A stretch of DNA of 64,000 nucleotides from an uncultured Pelagibacteraceae bacterium (GTDB lineage: Bacteria > Pseudomonadota > Alphaproteobacteria > Pelagibacterales > Pelagibacteraceae): the NCBI GenBank assembly GCA_902610655.1, contig CACLWL010000005.1, positions 10,121-74,120 of the forward strand, read 5' to 3'. Below the pieces are notes generated by a model. That model saw only the letters and a program-made list of their open reading frames with translations, searched no databases and was not told where the DNA came from. The translations under genes and the position numbers were made by a program. Shown piece by piece: positions 1-9,353 of the stretch (position 1 is its first letter; the number at the start of each line of letters is the position of its first letter).

Positions 1-307
1 CAAGCTCTTTGATACCTCTTGCTTTTTGTCGACTTAATCCACATTTCTTTAATTGTTGTGAATTCAATTTATTAACAATTTTAGGGTTTATTCTATTTTT
101 ACAGAGCTTATCAAATTTCATAAAAACTGAGTTAGCTGCGGCTACACTTATTTGTTGACCTATAATACTTTTACAAAGTGAAAAAAAAACATCTTTTCTA
201 GTTGTTAAGTATTTATCATTATATTTTTTTATTAGAATTTTCATTATCTTGTCTTTTGATGACAAATAAGTTTTAGCCTTTTTCCAATAGCTTGGTGGTT
301 TAGTCAT
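1..307 (-). CDS. alkA: DNA-3-methyladenine glycosylase (AlkA/HhH-GPD family), 5' part; runs off window start
   Basis: Manual translation from ATG at 307: MTKPPSYWKKAKTYLSSKDKIM...SIIGQQISVAAANSVF...CGLSRQKARGIKEL. IIGQQIS and GLSRQK are typical AlkA motifs. Start overlaps the stop of the DMT gene. Confidence 0.85.
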   Translation of the reverse strand, partial: MTKPPSYWKKAKTYLSSKDKIMKILIKKYNDKYLTTRKDVFFSLCKSIIGQQISVAAANSVFMKFDKLCKNRINPKIVNKLNSQQLKKCGLSRQKARGIKEL

Positions 308-1181
308 GTCTTGCTGCTGAAATTTGTTTTTTTAATAAAATTTCTCTTCTAAAAATTATTATTGAAGAAACTATAACTAAAGTTGCACCTATTAAAGTTT
401 TAATTGTAGGTATTTCGTCCCATATCAGATAACCAAAAATTATTGCAAAAACTAAAGCTAAATATTTTAACGGTGTAACTAATGATACTTCAGAAAATTT
501 ATATGATTGACTTAACCATAAATTTGCAACACCGCCAAAAATTCCAATGGAAGATAAAAATATTAAATCTTTTAAGGTTGGCATTAACCATCCATATGGT
601 ATTGTAAATAGACCAGCTAAAGTAATTGCTGCCGAAAAATATAAAGATATCAGCCAGACAGGTTCTGTCGAAGATAACTGCCTGATTGAAATGGCCACAT
701 AGGACATTCCTAAAACAAAAATTACAGGAAAAATATAATAAATATTTAACGAGCTAAATCCTGGCTCAGATATAATTACAATTCCAACAAAACCTACAAA
801 AACTGCTAACCATCTAAAATAACCTACCCTTTCATTTAAAAAAAAAATTGAAAAAATTGTTGTAAAGATTGGTGCAGCGAATGAAATACTCACAACTGTG
901 GCTAATGGAAGGTTTCTCAATGCAGTGAATATAGATAGCAATGCCATTAGACCAAAAAAACATCTTGAAAAATGCAACATAGGCCTTTTGGTATAATAAA
1001 AATCTTTTAATCTTTCCCTGGGAATTATAAAATAATAAAGGACTAATCCAAAAAAACCCCTAAAAAAAATAACCTGTCCTAAAGGATAGTTATCTGACCA
1101 TTTTACAATGAGATCCATCACTGAAAATGCACACACTGATAAAAACATGTACAAAAAACCCAATTGATTTTTAGTAAGCAT
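300..1181 (-). CDS. DMT/EamA-family membrane transporter
   Basis: About 10 hydrophobic segments in two EamA repeats (FAAPIFTTIFSIFFLNERV; FGYLIWDEIP). Confidence 0.88.
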   Translation of the reverse strand: MLTKNQLGFLYMFLSVCAFSVMDLIVKWSDNYPLGQVIFFRGFFGLVLYYFIIPRERLKDFYYTKRPMLHFSRCFFGLMALLSIFTALRNLPLATVVSISFAAPIFTTIFSIFFLNERVGYFRWLAVFVGFVGIVIISEPGFSSLNIYYIFPVIFVLGMSYVAISIRQLSSTEPVWLISLYFSAAITLAGLFTIPYGWLMPTLKDLIFLSSIGIFGGVANLWLSQSYKFSEVSLVTPLKYLALVFAIIFGYLIWDEIPTIKTLIGATLVIVSSIIIFRREILLKKQISAARHD

Positions 1182-1215
1182 GAGATTAACTTTAGATTAA
1201 TAAACATAATAATCA

Positions 1216-1659
1216 ATGGAAATAGCAATACTAGCGTGTGGATGTTTTTGGGGACCTGAAATCAAGTTCAGTAAATTGAATGGGGTTTATAAAACGGAAG
1301 TAGGTTATTGTGGAGGCAACACAAGTAAAACTAGTTATCAAGAAGTTTGTGAAGGAGATACAAATCATGCGGAGGTTGTTAAACTAGATTTTGATCCAAA
1401 TATAATTTCTTATGAAAAAATTCTAGATTATTTTTTTGAAATACATGATCCAACCACGCTAAACTCACAAGGTTTAGATTTTGGTACACAGTATAGAAGT
1501 GAAATATTTTATCTTAATGATAACCAAAAAAATATTGCAAAAAAAATAATAGAAAAATATAATGAAAATCTCTCTGGTAAAGTAGTAACTAAACTTTCAC
1601 AAATAAAAAATTATTGTACAGCTGAGGAATACCATCAAAAATACCTTGAAAAAAGATAA
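1216..1659 (+). CDS. msrA: Peptide-methionine (S)-S-oxide reductase MsrA
   Basis: GCFWG catalytic motif; HAEVV, HDPT, QYRS, AEEYHQKYL. Confidence 0.95.
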   Translation: MEIAILACGCFWGPEIKFSKLNGVYKTEVGYCGGNTSKTSYQEVCEGDTNHAEVVKLDFDPNIISYEKILDYFFEIHDPTTLNSQGLDFGTQYRSEIFYLNDNQKNIAKKIIEKYNENLSGKVVTKLSQIKNYCTAEEYHQKYLEKR

Positions 1660-2475
1660 ATGTCTTTAGTTGATACAAGCTGGGTTGAAGATAATTTAAG
1701 TAAAATAAAATTAATTGATTGCTCTTGGCATCTACCTGATACTTTAAGGAAACCACATGAAGAATATTTAAATCATCATTTGCCAAATGCAATATTTTTT
1801 GATTTAGATAAAAATTCTGATCAAAGATCAGACCTACCACACATGTTGCCATCAAAAGAAAAATGGGAAGAGATTATTTCAAAAATGGGAATAAAAAATA
1901 ATGATAGAATAATAATATATGATAATTCAGATTTAGTAAGTTCTTGCAGACTATGGTACAGTTTTATTTACTTTGGGCATGACCCAAAACTTGTAAGTGT
2001 TCTCGATGGTGGTTTTGAAAAATGGAAATCAGAAAAACGAACTGTTACTAAAGAAGTAACAAAATTATTTCCTACTTTGTATAAATCTACAGAAAGAAAA
2101 GATTTAGTAAAATTAAAAATACAGATAGAAGAAAATATCTTGAAACAAGAATTTAAGGTTCTTGATGCTAGAAGTAAAGAAAGGTTTGAAGGAAAAGTAA
2201 AAGAACCAAGAAAAGGATTAAGAAGTGGTTCAATCCCTAACTCATTATGTTTGCCATTTAAAGAACTCCTAAAAAAAGATAAAACTTTCAAATCTAAAAA
2301 TGAATTAGTAAAAATTTTTAAATCAGTTTTAAATAACGATTTTTCATCAAAAGTTGTGTTTTCTTGTGGCTCTGGAGTTACAGCAGCAGTTTTAGCACTT
2401 GCATATTCCTTAATTGATAATAAATATAATCCTGTCATTTATGATGGCTCATGGTCAGAGTATGGCAGAATATAA
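1660..2475 (+). CDS. sseA: 3-mercaptopyruvate sulfurtransferase / rhodanese
   Basis: Two rhodanese domains; active site CGSGVTA; YDGSWSEY; LPHMLP. Confidence 0.92.
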   Translation: MSLVDTSWVEDNLSKIKLIDCSWHLPDTLRKPHEEYLNHHLPNAIFFDLDKNSDQRSDLPHMLPSKEKWEEIISKMGIKNNDRIIIYDNSDLVSSCRLWYSFIYFGHDPKLVSVLDGGFEKWKSEKRTVTKEVTKLFPTLYKSTERKDLVKLKIQIEENILKQEFKVLDARSKERFEGKVKEPRKGLRSGSIPNSLCLPFKELLKKDKTFKSKNELVKIFKSVLNNDFSSKVVFSCGSGVTAAVLALAYSLIDNKYNPVIYDGSWSEYGRI

Positions 2476-2478
2476 TTT

Positions 2479-3348
2479 ATGAAAACCTCAAAAAAAGTTT
2501 TAATCGGTGTTATTATTTTTTTTATAATTATTGCTTTAGTAGTAATTGGAAGAACAATGGTTGGAAACCATTTTAAAAAAAAATTTAGTAAGAGACCACC
2601 ACCTGGCATAATAGTAAAACTAGTTTCCGAAAAGATTTTTTCAGAGAAAATTGAAAGTTTCGGGACTGCTATTTCAAAAAAAACTAAATCATATAGAATT
2701 CAAAAAAGTGATTTAATTTCTGAGTTAAAATTAGATAGTTATGTTGAAAAAGGATCTTTAATAATAAAATTAAAAGATAAAGATATTATAGCACCTTTTA
2801 ATGGTATTTTAGGTTACAGAGGTATTACAGAGGATGTGCTTGGCTCTGATAATTCTATAATTATAACCTTAGATGATAGTTCAGTAATTTATGCTGACTT
2901 AAAAATACCTGAATCTTTTGCACCTGCAATAAAGAAAAACTTACCGGTTGAAGTTAAGTTCTCAGGTCTAAAAGATAAAATTTTTTCAGGTTCAGTAGAT
3001 GGTTTCTCAAGTAGAATTAGTGCTGACACAAGGAGTTTACTTACAAGAATTAAAATAGATAACAAAAATTATGAATTGATACCAGGATCGCTACTTGAAG
3101 TAAGTGTTAAGTTTAATGAACGAAGTTCTTTATCAATACCTGATACAAGTGTAATGTTAGAGGGAGAGAATACTTTTGTTTATAAAGTCCTAGAAGATAA
3201 CAGTTTAAATAAAATTCAGATACAAATAGGAAATAGAGATAAAGGATTTATAGAAGTAATATCAGGATTGAATAAAGATGATCTGATTGTTGCTGAAGGT
3301 CTTAAAAAAGTAAATCCAAAAGGAAAAATTAAACCAATTAAAAAATAA
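2479..3348 (+). CDS. RND efflux periplasmic adaptor (membrane fusion protein), lacking the alpha-helical hairpin
   Basis: N-terminal TM anchor; lipoyl half-motifs VEKG...IIAPFNG; L.PG and C-terminal EVISGL..D.IV.EG; directly upstream of an RND permease. Confidence 0.9.
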   Translation: MKTSKKVLIGVIIFFIIIALVVIGRTMVGNHFKKKFSKRPPPGIIVKLVSEKIFSEKIESFGTAISKKTKSYRIQKSDLISELKLDSYVEKGSLIIKLKDKDIIAPFNGILGYRGITEDVLGSDNSIIITLDDSSVIYADLKIPESFAPAIKKNLPVEVKFSGLKDKIFSGSVDGFSSRISADTRSLLTRIKIDNKNYELIPGSLLEVSVKFNERSSLSIPDTSVMLEGENTFVYKVLEDNSLNKIQIQIGNRDKGFIEVISGLNKDDLIVAEGLKKVNPKGKIKPIKK

Positions 3349-6300
3349 ATGTTTATAACTGATATAAGTATAAGAAGACCAGTAGTATCTTGGGTAATGT
3401 CACTTATTTTAGTTTTATTCGGTTTATTTGTATTTTGGAAGTTACCAGTAAGGGAGTTACCATCAGGACTCCAGCCTCCAGTTGTTCAAGTAAAAGTAGA
3501 TTATAAGTCCGCATCCGCACCAATAGTTAATCAAGAGGTTACTCAAGTTTTAGAAGATGTAATCGGTGGTGCAGAAGGAATAAAAAATATCGACTCTGTA
3601 TCTGAAAATGGACGAAGCACAATAAATATAGAGTTTGATACAGAAATGAATTTAGATAATGCAGCAAATGATATTAGAGAAAGAGTTGCTAGAGTTGCGG
3701 ATAACCTGCCAACTGAAGCAGAACCACCTCAAATCTTGAAACAAGCTGCGGGTTTTACTACCACTATGTGGATAGCTCTATCCTCTTCTACTTGGAGTGA
3801 CTTGGAATTGGGAGACTATGCAGAGAGATATTTGGTTGATAGATTTTCAAGTATAAAAAATGTAGGAAGAATTTTAGTTGGGGGACTAAGAGAGTTAAGT
3901 GTTAGGATTTGGATAGATCCAATAAAATTAGCAGCTAATGATTTAACTATACAAGAATTAGAAAATGCACTTAGAAATGAAAATGTCAGCCTTCCAGCTG
4001 GAACTTTAGAGGCTACTAATGTCGATCTAACTCTTAATCTAGATAAATCTTACACAACCATTGATGAACTAAAAAGTTTACCTATCAAGAAAAATAAGGA
4101 CAATGTAGTCAAATTATCTGATGTTGCTGAAGTTAAATTCGGGCCTGTATCAGAAAAAACATTATTTAAAGCACAAAGAAAAGATAATCTTAACTTAAAG
4201 ACAGTAGGTATTGGTATATATGCTAGAAGTGGCGCATCGACCGTTGAACTGTCAAATGATATCAAAAAAAAACTAAAGGAAGTAAGAAAGTCCTTACCAG
4301 ATGGCTTAAATATAGAAGTAGCATTTAACAGAGCAAACTATGTTGGTGCAGCAATTAACGAGGTATATAAAACTCTTGTTATAGCTTTTATTTTAGTGGT
4401 TATTATTATTTATCTATTTCTAGGTAATTTAAAAGCAGTAATAGTTCCAGCGGTCGCACTACCTGTCAGTCTAATTGCATCTTTTTTAGGAATTTATATT
4501 TTTGATCTATCTATAAATATTTTTGTTTTACTCTCATTTATTCTAGCAATTGGAATAATTACGGATGACTCTGTAATTATGACTGATGCAATTTATAGAA
4601 GAATTGAAAAAGGAGAAAAGCCACTTGTGGCAGCTTACAAGGGTTCAAAACAAATTACCTTTGCAATTATTGCAACTACTTTAATATTAGTAGCTGTATT
4701 TTTGCCACTTATTTTTATCCAAGGTATTTCAGGAACTTTATTTAAAGAAACTGCAATAGCATTATCTTTTTCTGTTGTTGTGTCATCTTTTGTTGCCTTA
4801 ACATTATCACCCATGCTAGGTAGCAGATTTCTCAGTCTCAAACCAAAACAAAATAAAATTATAATCAAATTTAATAATTTTTTTAGATCATTTCTTGAAT
4901 TTTATAAAGAGAGTCTTACATATTTCCTAGACAAGCAAAAACTAATTATTTCATTTATGATAATTGTAATTATTTCTTCAGTTTTACTATTTAATTTCTC
5001 TAAAAAAGAACTTCTTCCACTTGAAGATAGGGGTGCATATTTAATAATTGGTATGACTGATGAAGGTAGCTCTTTTGAGTATACACAAGAAAGAGCTCAA
5101 GAAATAGAATCTAAATTAATTCCATTGTTACAGAATGAAGATAGTCCTTACAGGAGATTTATAATGAGAGTCCCTGGTTTTGGAAGATCGAGTAATTCCT
5201 TTAATACTTTTATAATTATAGCTCTACTTAATCATTGGGATGATAGAGGTAAAAATACTCAATCCGTTATGAGAGAAGCTATTGGAAAAATAGTAACCAA
5301 TCCTCAAGCAATTGCTTTTCCTATTTCACCTCAATCGATAAGAGTCTCAAATTATAACAAACCTGTTCAGATGGTAATTTTGGGTACATCTTATGAAGAA
5401 CTTGAACAAATACAAAATAATCTTATTTCTGAGTTAAGAAAGAATAAAAATTTATCTAGAATTGAGTCGGATTATTCCAAAAATAAACCAGAGGTAAAGT
5501 TAATAATTAATAAAAATAAAGCAAAAGATTTAGGTGTATCTACAGATCAAATAGGTAAAACTTTAGAAACTCTTTACGGTGGGAAAACTGTGACTACATT
5601 TAATAAACTTGGTAAAGAGTATCCAATAATTTTACAAAAATATCTATCTGATAGGAGAAGCAAAGAAAGTTTAGCAAAAATATTCGTAAGATCTGAAAAT
5701 AATTCAAAGCTTATATCATTGGCAAACTTAGTTGATTTCAAAGAAGAAGGATCAGCGAAAATACTTTCGAGATACAATAGACAAAGAGCGGTTACAATAT
5801 CTGCTAATATTAATGAAGGCTATTCATTAAGTGAAGCAATTAATTATCTTGAAAAAACTATGGAAAATATAGCACCTCAAAATCAGATTTCATGGAAAGG
5901 TAAATCAGAGGAGTTAAAAGAAACTTCTAATGAGTTATTTATAATATTTGCTTTAGCTTTGATAACTGCATACCTTGTAATGGCTGCCACTTTTAATTCT
6001 TTTATTCATCCATTCATAATAATTATGACTGTTCCATTGGCTGTGTTTGGTGGTTTAGTATTTATACTTTTTTTAAATAGTTCAATTAATATTTTTTCTC
6101 AAATTGCACTTGTTATTTTAATTGGTATATCAACAAAGAACAGTATCTTAATTGTAGATTTTGCAAATCAGCTGAGAGCATCTGGAAAAAATATAGAAAA
6201 TGCAATTAAAGAAGCATGTGATATGAGGTTTAGACCAATAATCATGACGTCCCTAAGTACAATGATAGCAATGGTTCCTTTAGTAATAGGTAACATTGGA

Positions 6301-6471
6301 CCCGGAGCTGGAGAAGGTTCTAGACTTGCGGTGGGATCAACAATTTTGGGTGGTATGATTATATCTACTTTTTTTACTCTTTATGTGACACCAACTATGT
6401 ATTTAATGTTGGCAAAAAATACAAAAAGAATTGATGCTGTTGATATCGAGCTTAAAAAACAACTAAATTAA
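3349..6471 (+). CDS. RND efflux permease (AcrB/D/F family)
   Basis: 1040 aa; N-terminal IRRPV; proton-relay motifs GIITDDS, TKNSILIV, RFRPIIMTS. Confidence 0.95.
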   Translation: MFITDISIRRPVVSWVMSLILVLFGLFVFWKLPVRELPSGLQPPVVQVKVDYKSASAPIVNQEVTQVLEDVIGGAEGIKNIDSVSENGRSTINIEFDTEMNLDNAANDIRERVARVADNLPTEAEPPQILKQAAGFTTTMWIALSSSTWSDLELGDYAERYLVDRFSSIKNVGRILVGGLRELSVRIWIDPIKLAANDLTIQELENALRNENVSLPAGTLEATNVDLTLNLDKSYTTIDELKSLPIKKNKDNVVKLSDVAEVKFGPVSEKTLFKAQRKDNLNLKTVGIGIYARSGASTVELSNDIKKKLKEVRKSLPDGLNIEVAFNRANYVGAAINEVYKTLVIAFILVVIIIYLFLGNLKAVIVPAVALPVSLIASFLGIYIFDLSINIFVLLSFILAIGIITDDSVIMTDAIYRRIEKGEKPLVAAYKGSKQITFAIIATTLILVAVFLPLIFIQGISGTLFKETAIALSFSVVVSSFVALTLSPMLGSRFLSLKPKQNKIIIKFNNFFRSFLEFYKESLTYFLDKQKLIISFMIIVIISSVLLFNFSKKELLPLEDRGAYLIIGMTDEGSSFEYTQERAQEIESKLIPLLQNEDSPYRRFIMRVPGFGRSSNSFNTFIIIALLNHWDDRGKNTQSVMREAIGKIVTNPQAIAFPISPQSIRVSNYNKPVQMVILGTSYEELEQIQNNLISELRKNKNLSRIESDYSKNKPEVKLIINKNKAKDLGVSTDQIGKTLETLYGGKTVTTFNKLGKEYPIILQKYLSDRRSKESLAKIFVRSENNSKLISLANLVDFKEEGSAKILSRYNRQRAVTISANINEGYSLSEAINYLEKTMENIAPQNQISWKGKSEELKETSNELFIIFALALITAYLVMAATFNSFIHPFIIIMTVPLAVFGGLVFILFLNSSINIFSQIALVILIGISTKNSILIVDFANQLRASGKNIENAIKEACDMRFRPIIMTSLSTMIAMVPLVIGNIGPGAGEGSRLAVGSTILGGMIISTFFTLYVTPTMYLMLAKNTKRIDAVDIELKKQLN

Positions 6472-7067
6472 AAAATAACATATTTTCTTGTTCTAAGAGA
6501 ACTTTGGCAACTTAATAGCTGCGATTTGTATTTTTTAGATTGTTTTTGTACCCTCTTTGCTAGAGATATAACTTTTGCATTCTTTTTGTAGTTTTTATAG
6601 TTTCCCCATCCTTCATGATAAGCAATATATTGTCTAAACGAGTCTTTTTTTGAAATTTTTAAAATTTTCTCCGTTTTATTAGTATACCATCCTATAAAAT
6701 CTACACTGTCTTTAAATCTTGTTCTTGTTGCTAGAGGATTATTGGTTTCTTTCTTATATTGCTTCCATGTTCCTTTAACAGCTTGGGAGTATCCAAAAGA
6801 AGAAGAAGGTCTTTTATAAGGAATAACTTTAAAAATTTTATTTCTTTTAGGTTTTGCAAGCCAATCAAAATCAGACTCCATTTTTATTATTGCTAGCTGC
6901 AAATATATTGGTGTTCCCCACTTTTTCTCAGTATTTTTTGCATGTTTATACCAAAGATATCTTTCAGAAAATATAGAACATCCATCCGAAGTATTTTTTG
7001 GAACAGATGAACAAGAAATGAGAAAAAAAAACAAAACTAAATATAAAGTATTATTTTTTTTTAACAT
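6468..7067 (-). CDS. Lipoprotein with lytic transglycosylase-like (SLT) domain
   Basis: Lipobox-like LISC; IIKMES (catalytic Glu), SSSFGYSQA, AYHEG. Start moved to ATG 7067, which has GGAGG upstream. Confidence 0.75.
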   Translation of the reverse strand: MLKKNNTLYLVLFFFLISCSSVPKNTSDGCSIFSERYLWYKHAKNTEKKWGTPIYLQLAIIKMESDFDWLAKPKRNKIFKVIPYKRPSSSFGYSQAVKGTWKQYKKETNNPLATRTRFKDSVDFIGWYTNKTEKILKISKKDSFRQYIAYHEGWGNYKNYKKNAKVISLAKRVQKQSKKYKSQLLSCQSSLRTRKYVIF

Positions 7068-7560
7068 TCTTCCTCCAATCCCAAGGATTTTCAAATGTTC
7101 CTTGCCAAATACCTAGTTGATCTCTTTTTGCCTCTTTTTCCTGTAAAACATATTTTTTTGAATATTTAATATAAGCTAAGGCATATCCATTCCTAACAAG
7201 CCAAGAATTAATATTTAGTTTATTTTTATAACAAGTTGCAAGTTTTCTCTTATACCTATCTATATTTTCAACTTTACATAAAATAATTTCATTTTTAATC
7301 AATCTTTTTAATTTTTCAGTAGAGATTTTTCCACAAGAATATTTTTTATTAAAGGATATAAAGGAAAGACTCAAAAAAACCTTGCTACATAATTGATTTA
7401 ATTCAGGTGCATCAATACCCGAAAGTCTAATTTTATTATTTTTAATTTTAACTGTATCACCATCAATAACTTTAACTTTTCCTTGAATTATATCGGCATT
7501 TATAAAATTCGGCATAAAAATAAGTAATATTAAAACAATGCTAAACTTTTTTTTTAACAT
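7051..7560 (-). CDS. Thermonuclease (SNase-like) family protein with signal peptide
   Basis: VIDGDT, IRLSGIDAPE, DRYKRKLA, LVRNGYA, GIW motifs; hydrophobic N-terminus. Confidence 0.9.
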   Translation of the reverse strand: MLKKKFSIVLILLIFMPNFINADIIQGKVKVIDGDTVKIKNNKIRLSGIDAPELNQLCSKVFLSLSFISFNKKYSCGKISTEKLKRLIKNEIILCKVENIDRYKRKLATCYKNKLNINSWLVRNGYALAYIKYSKKYVLQEKEAKRDQLGIWQGTFENPWDWRKNVKKK

Positions 7561-7927
7561 AATAAAAACATAAAAATAATGTTAGTGATATTAATACACC
7601 TAAAACATTTCCATATAAATCGGAGATTTGAAAACTCCTATTTGGTATAATTATATGAAGTAATTCATATAAAAATGATATTGAAAAAAAATAAATTAGA
7701 ATACTTTTTTTTTTATCTTTAAAAAAAATAAGAAAACCAAAGAATGATAAGACTAAAAATGCATAAACATGATTTGATGAGAAATTAAATAAAAAAAAAT
7801 TGAAATCATCTGTTAATTGAGGCTGCTTATTGAAGTTTTTATATAATATAAAACCAAATATACTCCCTGGGTACAAATAGAAAATTGCAAATATTGTATT
7901 TATTAAATAAAATAATAATTTAAACAT
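7541..7927 (-). CDS. VanZ-like membrane protein
   Basis: Four hydrophobic segments; NHVYAF and ELLH..IPNRSFQISDL.GN.LG pattern. Confidence 0.7.
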   Translation of the reverse strand: MFKLLFYLINTIFAIFYLYPGSIFGFILYKNFNKQPQLTDDFNFFLFNFSSNHVYAFLVLSFFGFLIFFKDKKKSILIYFFSISFLYELLHIIIPNRSFQISDLYGNVLGVLISLTLFLCFYYVKKKV

Positions 7928-7958
7928 GATACACTTTTCTTATATTTAAATTTTTTAT

Positions 7959-8675
7959 ATGAGTCATTTATTTTTAGTTAGACATGGTCAAAGTGAGTGG
8001 AATTTACAAAAAAAATTTACCGGATGGGTTGATGTTGACCTAACTCCTGAAGGAAAGCTAGAAGCTTGTAAGGCAGGAGAAGTAATAAAATCAACAAATA
8101 TTAAAATTGATTTATTTTTTAGCTCCTATCAGTTGAGAGCAATAAATACCTTAAAGTTAATAAAGAATACTATTAGAAATAATTCAGAATTTACAAAAGC
8201 ATGGGAACTTAATGAAAGACATTATGGATCACTAACCGGGCTTAATAAAGATGAAATGAAAAAGAGGCTTGGAGAAAAAAAAATTCATGAATTTAGACGT
8301 TCATGGGACTTGAGGCCTGAACCTTTAAATAAAAATAATCCCTACCATCCAATAAACATAGATATTTATAAAGATATTCCAAAAGAAAATATTCCAGATA
8401 CAGAGTCTCTTAAAGATACTTACAGTAGAGTTGTCAAATATTTTAAAAATAACATTCATCATGAACTTAAAAATGAAAAAAATATTTTGATATCAGCACA
8501 TGGAAATTCTGTGAGAGCATTATGTAAATTTTTATTTAAATTAGATGAAAAACAAATTCCTATGCTTGAAATACCAACAGGAAATCCACTTCATATCGAA
8601 TTAGATAAAAAACTTGATATAGAAAAATGCAGATATCTAGATCAAGAAAGAGCTCAAGATTTATTGGTTTTTTAA
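7959..8675 (+). CDS. gpmA: 2,3-bisphosphoglycerate-dependent phosphoglycerate mutase
   Basis: LVRHGQSEWN, FTGWVDV, LNERHYG, AHGNS, IPTG. Confidence 0.96.
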   Translation: MSHLFLVRHGQSEWNLQKKFTGWVDVDLTPEGKLEACKAGEVIKSTNIKIDLFFSSYQLRAINTLKLIKNTIRNNSEFTKAWELNERHYGSLTGLNKDEMKKRLGEKKIHEFRRSWDLRPEPLNKNNPYHPINIDIYKDIPKENIPDTESLKDTYSRVVKYFKNNIHHELKNEKNILISAHGNSVRALCKFLFKLDEKQIPMLEIPTGNPLHIELDKKLDIEKCRYLDQERAQDLLVF

Positions 8676-9353
8676 TATTTTATTATAAATATTTAAATCA
8701 GTAATGTGTAGAAATTTATTTTTACTTTCATATCCGAACAGCTTCGAATTTTTAATTTGTTCATTCCATACTTCATTCATTGAAAAATTTTTTTTTTGAA
8801 TTTTTGAAAAAATATTTTTATTAATGATCTGACATCCAGTGTAAACAAAATTTCTATTATTTTGTCTGGTAAGTTTTCCATCAACTAGATTAAAATCACC
8901 ATTTAATCTTTCATCAAAACTTGAATCTTTATTAACAACCAATAAAATATTTTCCATTTTTTGTTTAAAATATAAATCAATCATTTCCTGAACATATTTT
9001 ATGTAATTATCCTCCCAAATAGTATCTGGATTAAAAACTAAAAAATCTTTTTCTGAAGTATTTCTAACCATATTAAGAATTCCTCCACCTGTATCAAGAA
9101 TCTCATTACCGTCATTAATTAATTCTATTTTTATTTTCGTATTTATCTTATTCACAAATTCCTCAATTTTATTTGAAAGATGAAAAGTATTTAACATTAT
9201 TTTATTTATTTTAAGCTTTTCAATAAAACTCATTGTTTTTTCTAATAACGTTATTTCTTTTATTTTTAATAAAGGTTTTGGTATTTCTTGAGTCAAAGGA
9301 TGTAATCTTTTTCCAAAACCTGCACATAATATTAGCGCTGTATTAATTTGCAT
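8661..9353 (-). CDS. murU: Nucleotidyltransferase, MurU-like (MurNAc-1-phosphate uridylyltransferase)
   Basis: LCAGFGKRL.PLT..PKPL, DTGGG, FVYTG; follows the AmgK-like kinase. Confidence 0.75.
   Translation of the reverse strand: MQINTALILCAGFGKRLHPLTQEIPKPLLKIKEITLLEKTMSFIEKLKINKIMLNTFHLSNKIEEFVNKINTKIKIELINDGNEILDTGGGILNMVRNTSEKDFLVFNPDTIWEDNYIKYVQEMIDLYFKQKMENILLVVNKDSSFDERLNGDFNLVDGKLTRQNNRNFVYTGCQIINKNIFSKIQKKNFSMNEVWNEQIKNSKLFGYESKNKFLHITDLNIYNKILKNQ

Noticed and set aside
1186-1200. TTAA-N7-TTAA resembling a CtrA box between the DMT gene and msrA
   Set aside because: Expected by chance in such AT-rich DNA; it lacks the terminal C of the consensus, and the flanking genes are not cell-cycle genes.
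1589-5777. Antisense ORFs over msrA, sseA and acrB, including the 156-aa ORF at 1968-2438
   Set aside because: Shadow frames of well-supported genes, rich in Phe/Ser/Leu as expected from the reverse complement, with no motifs.
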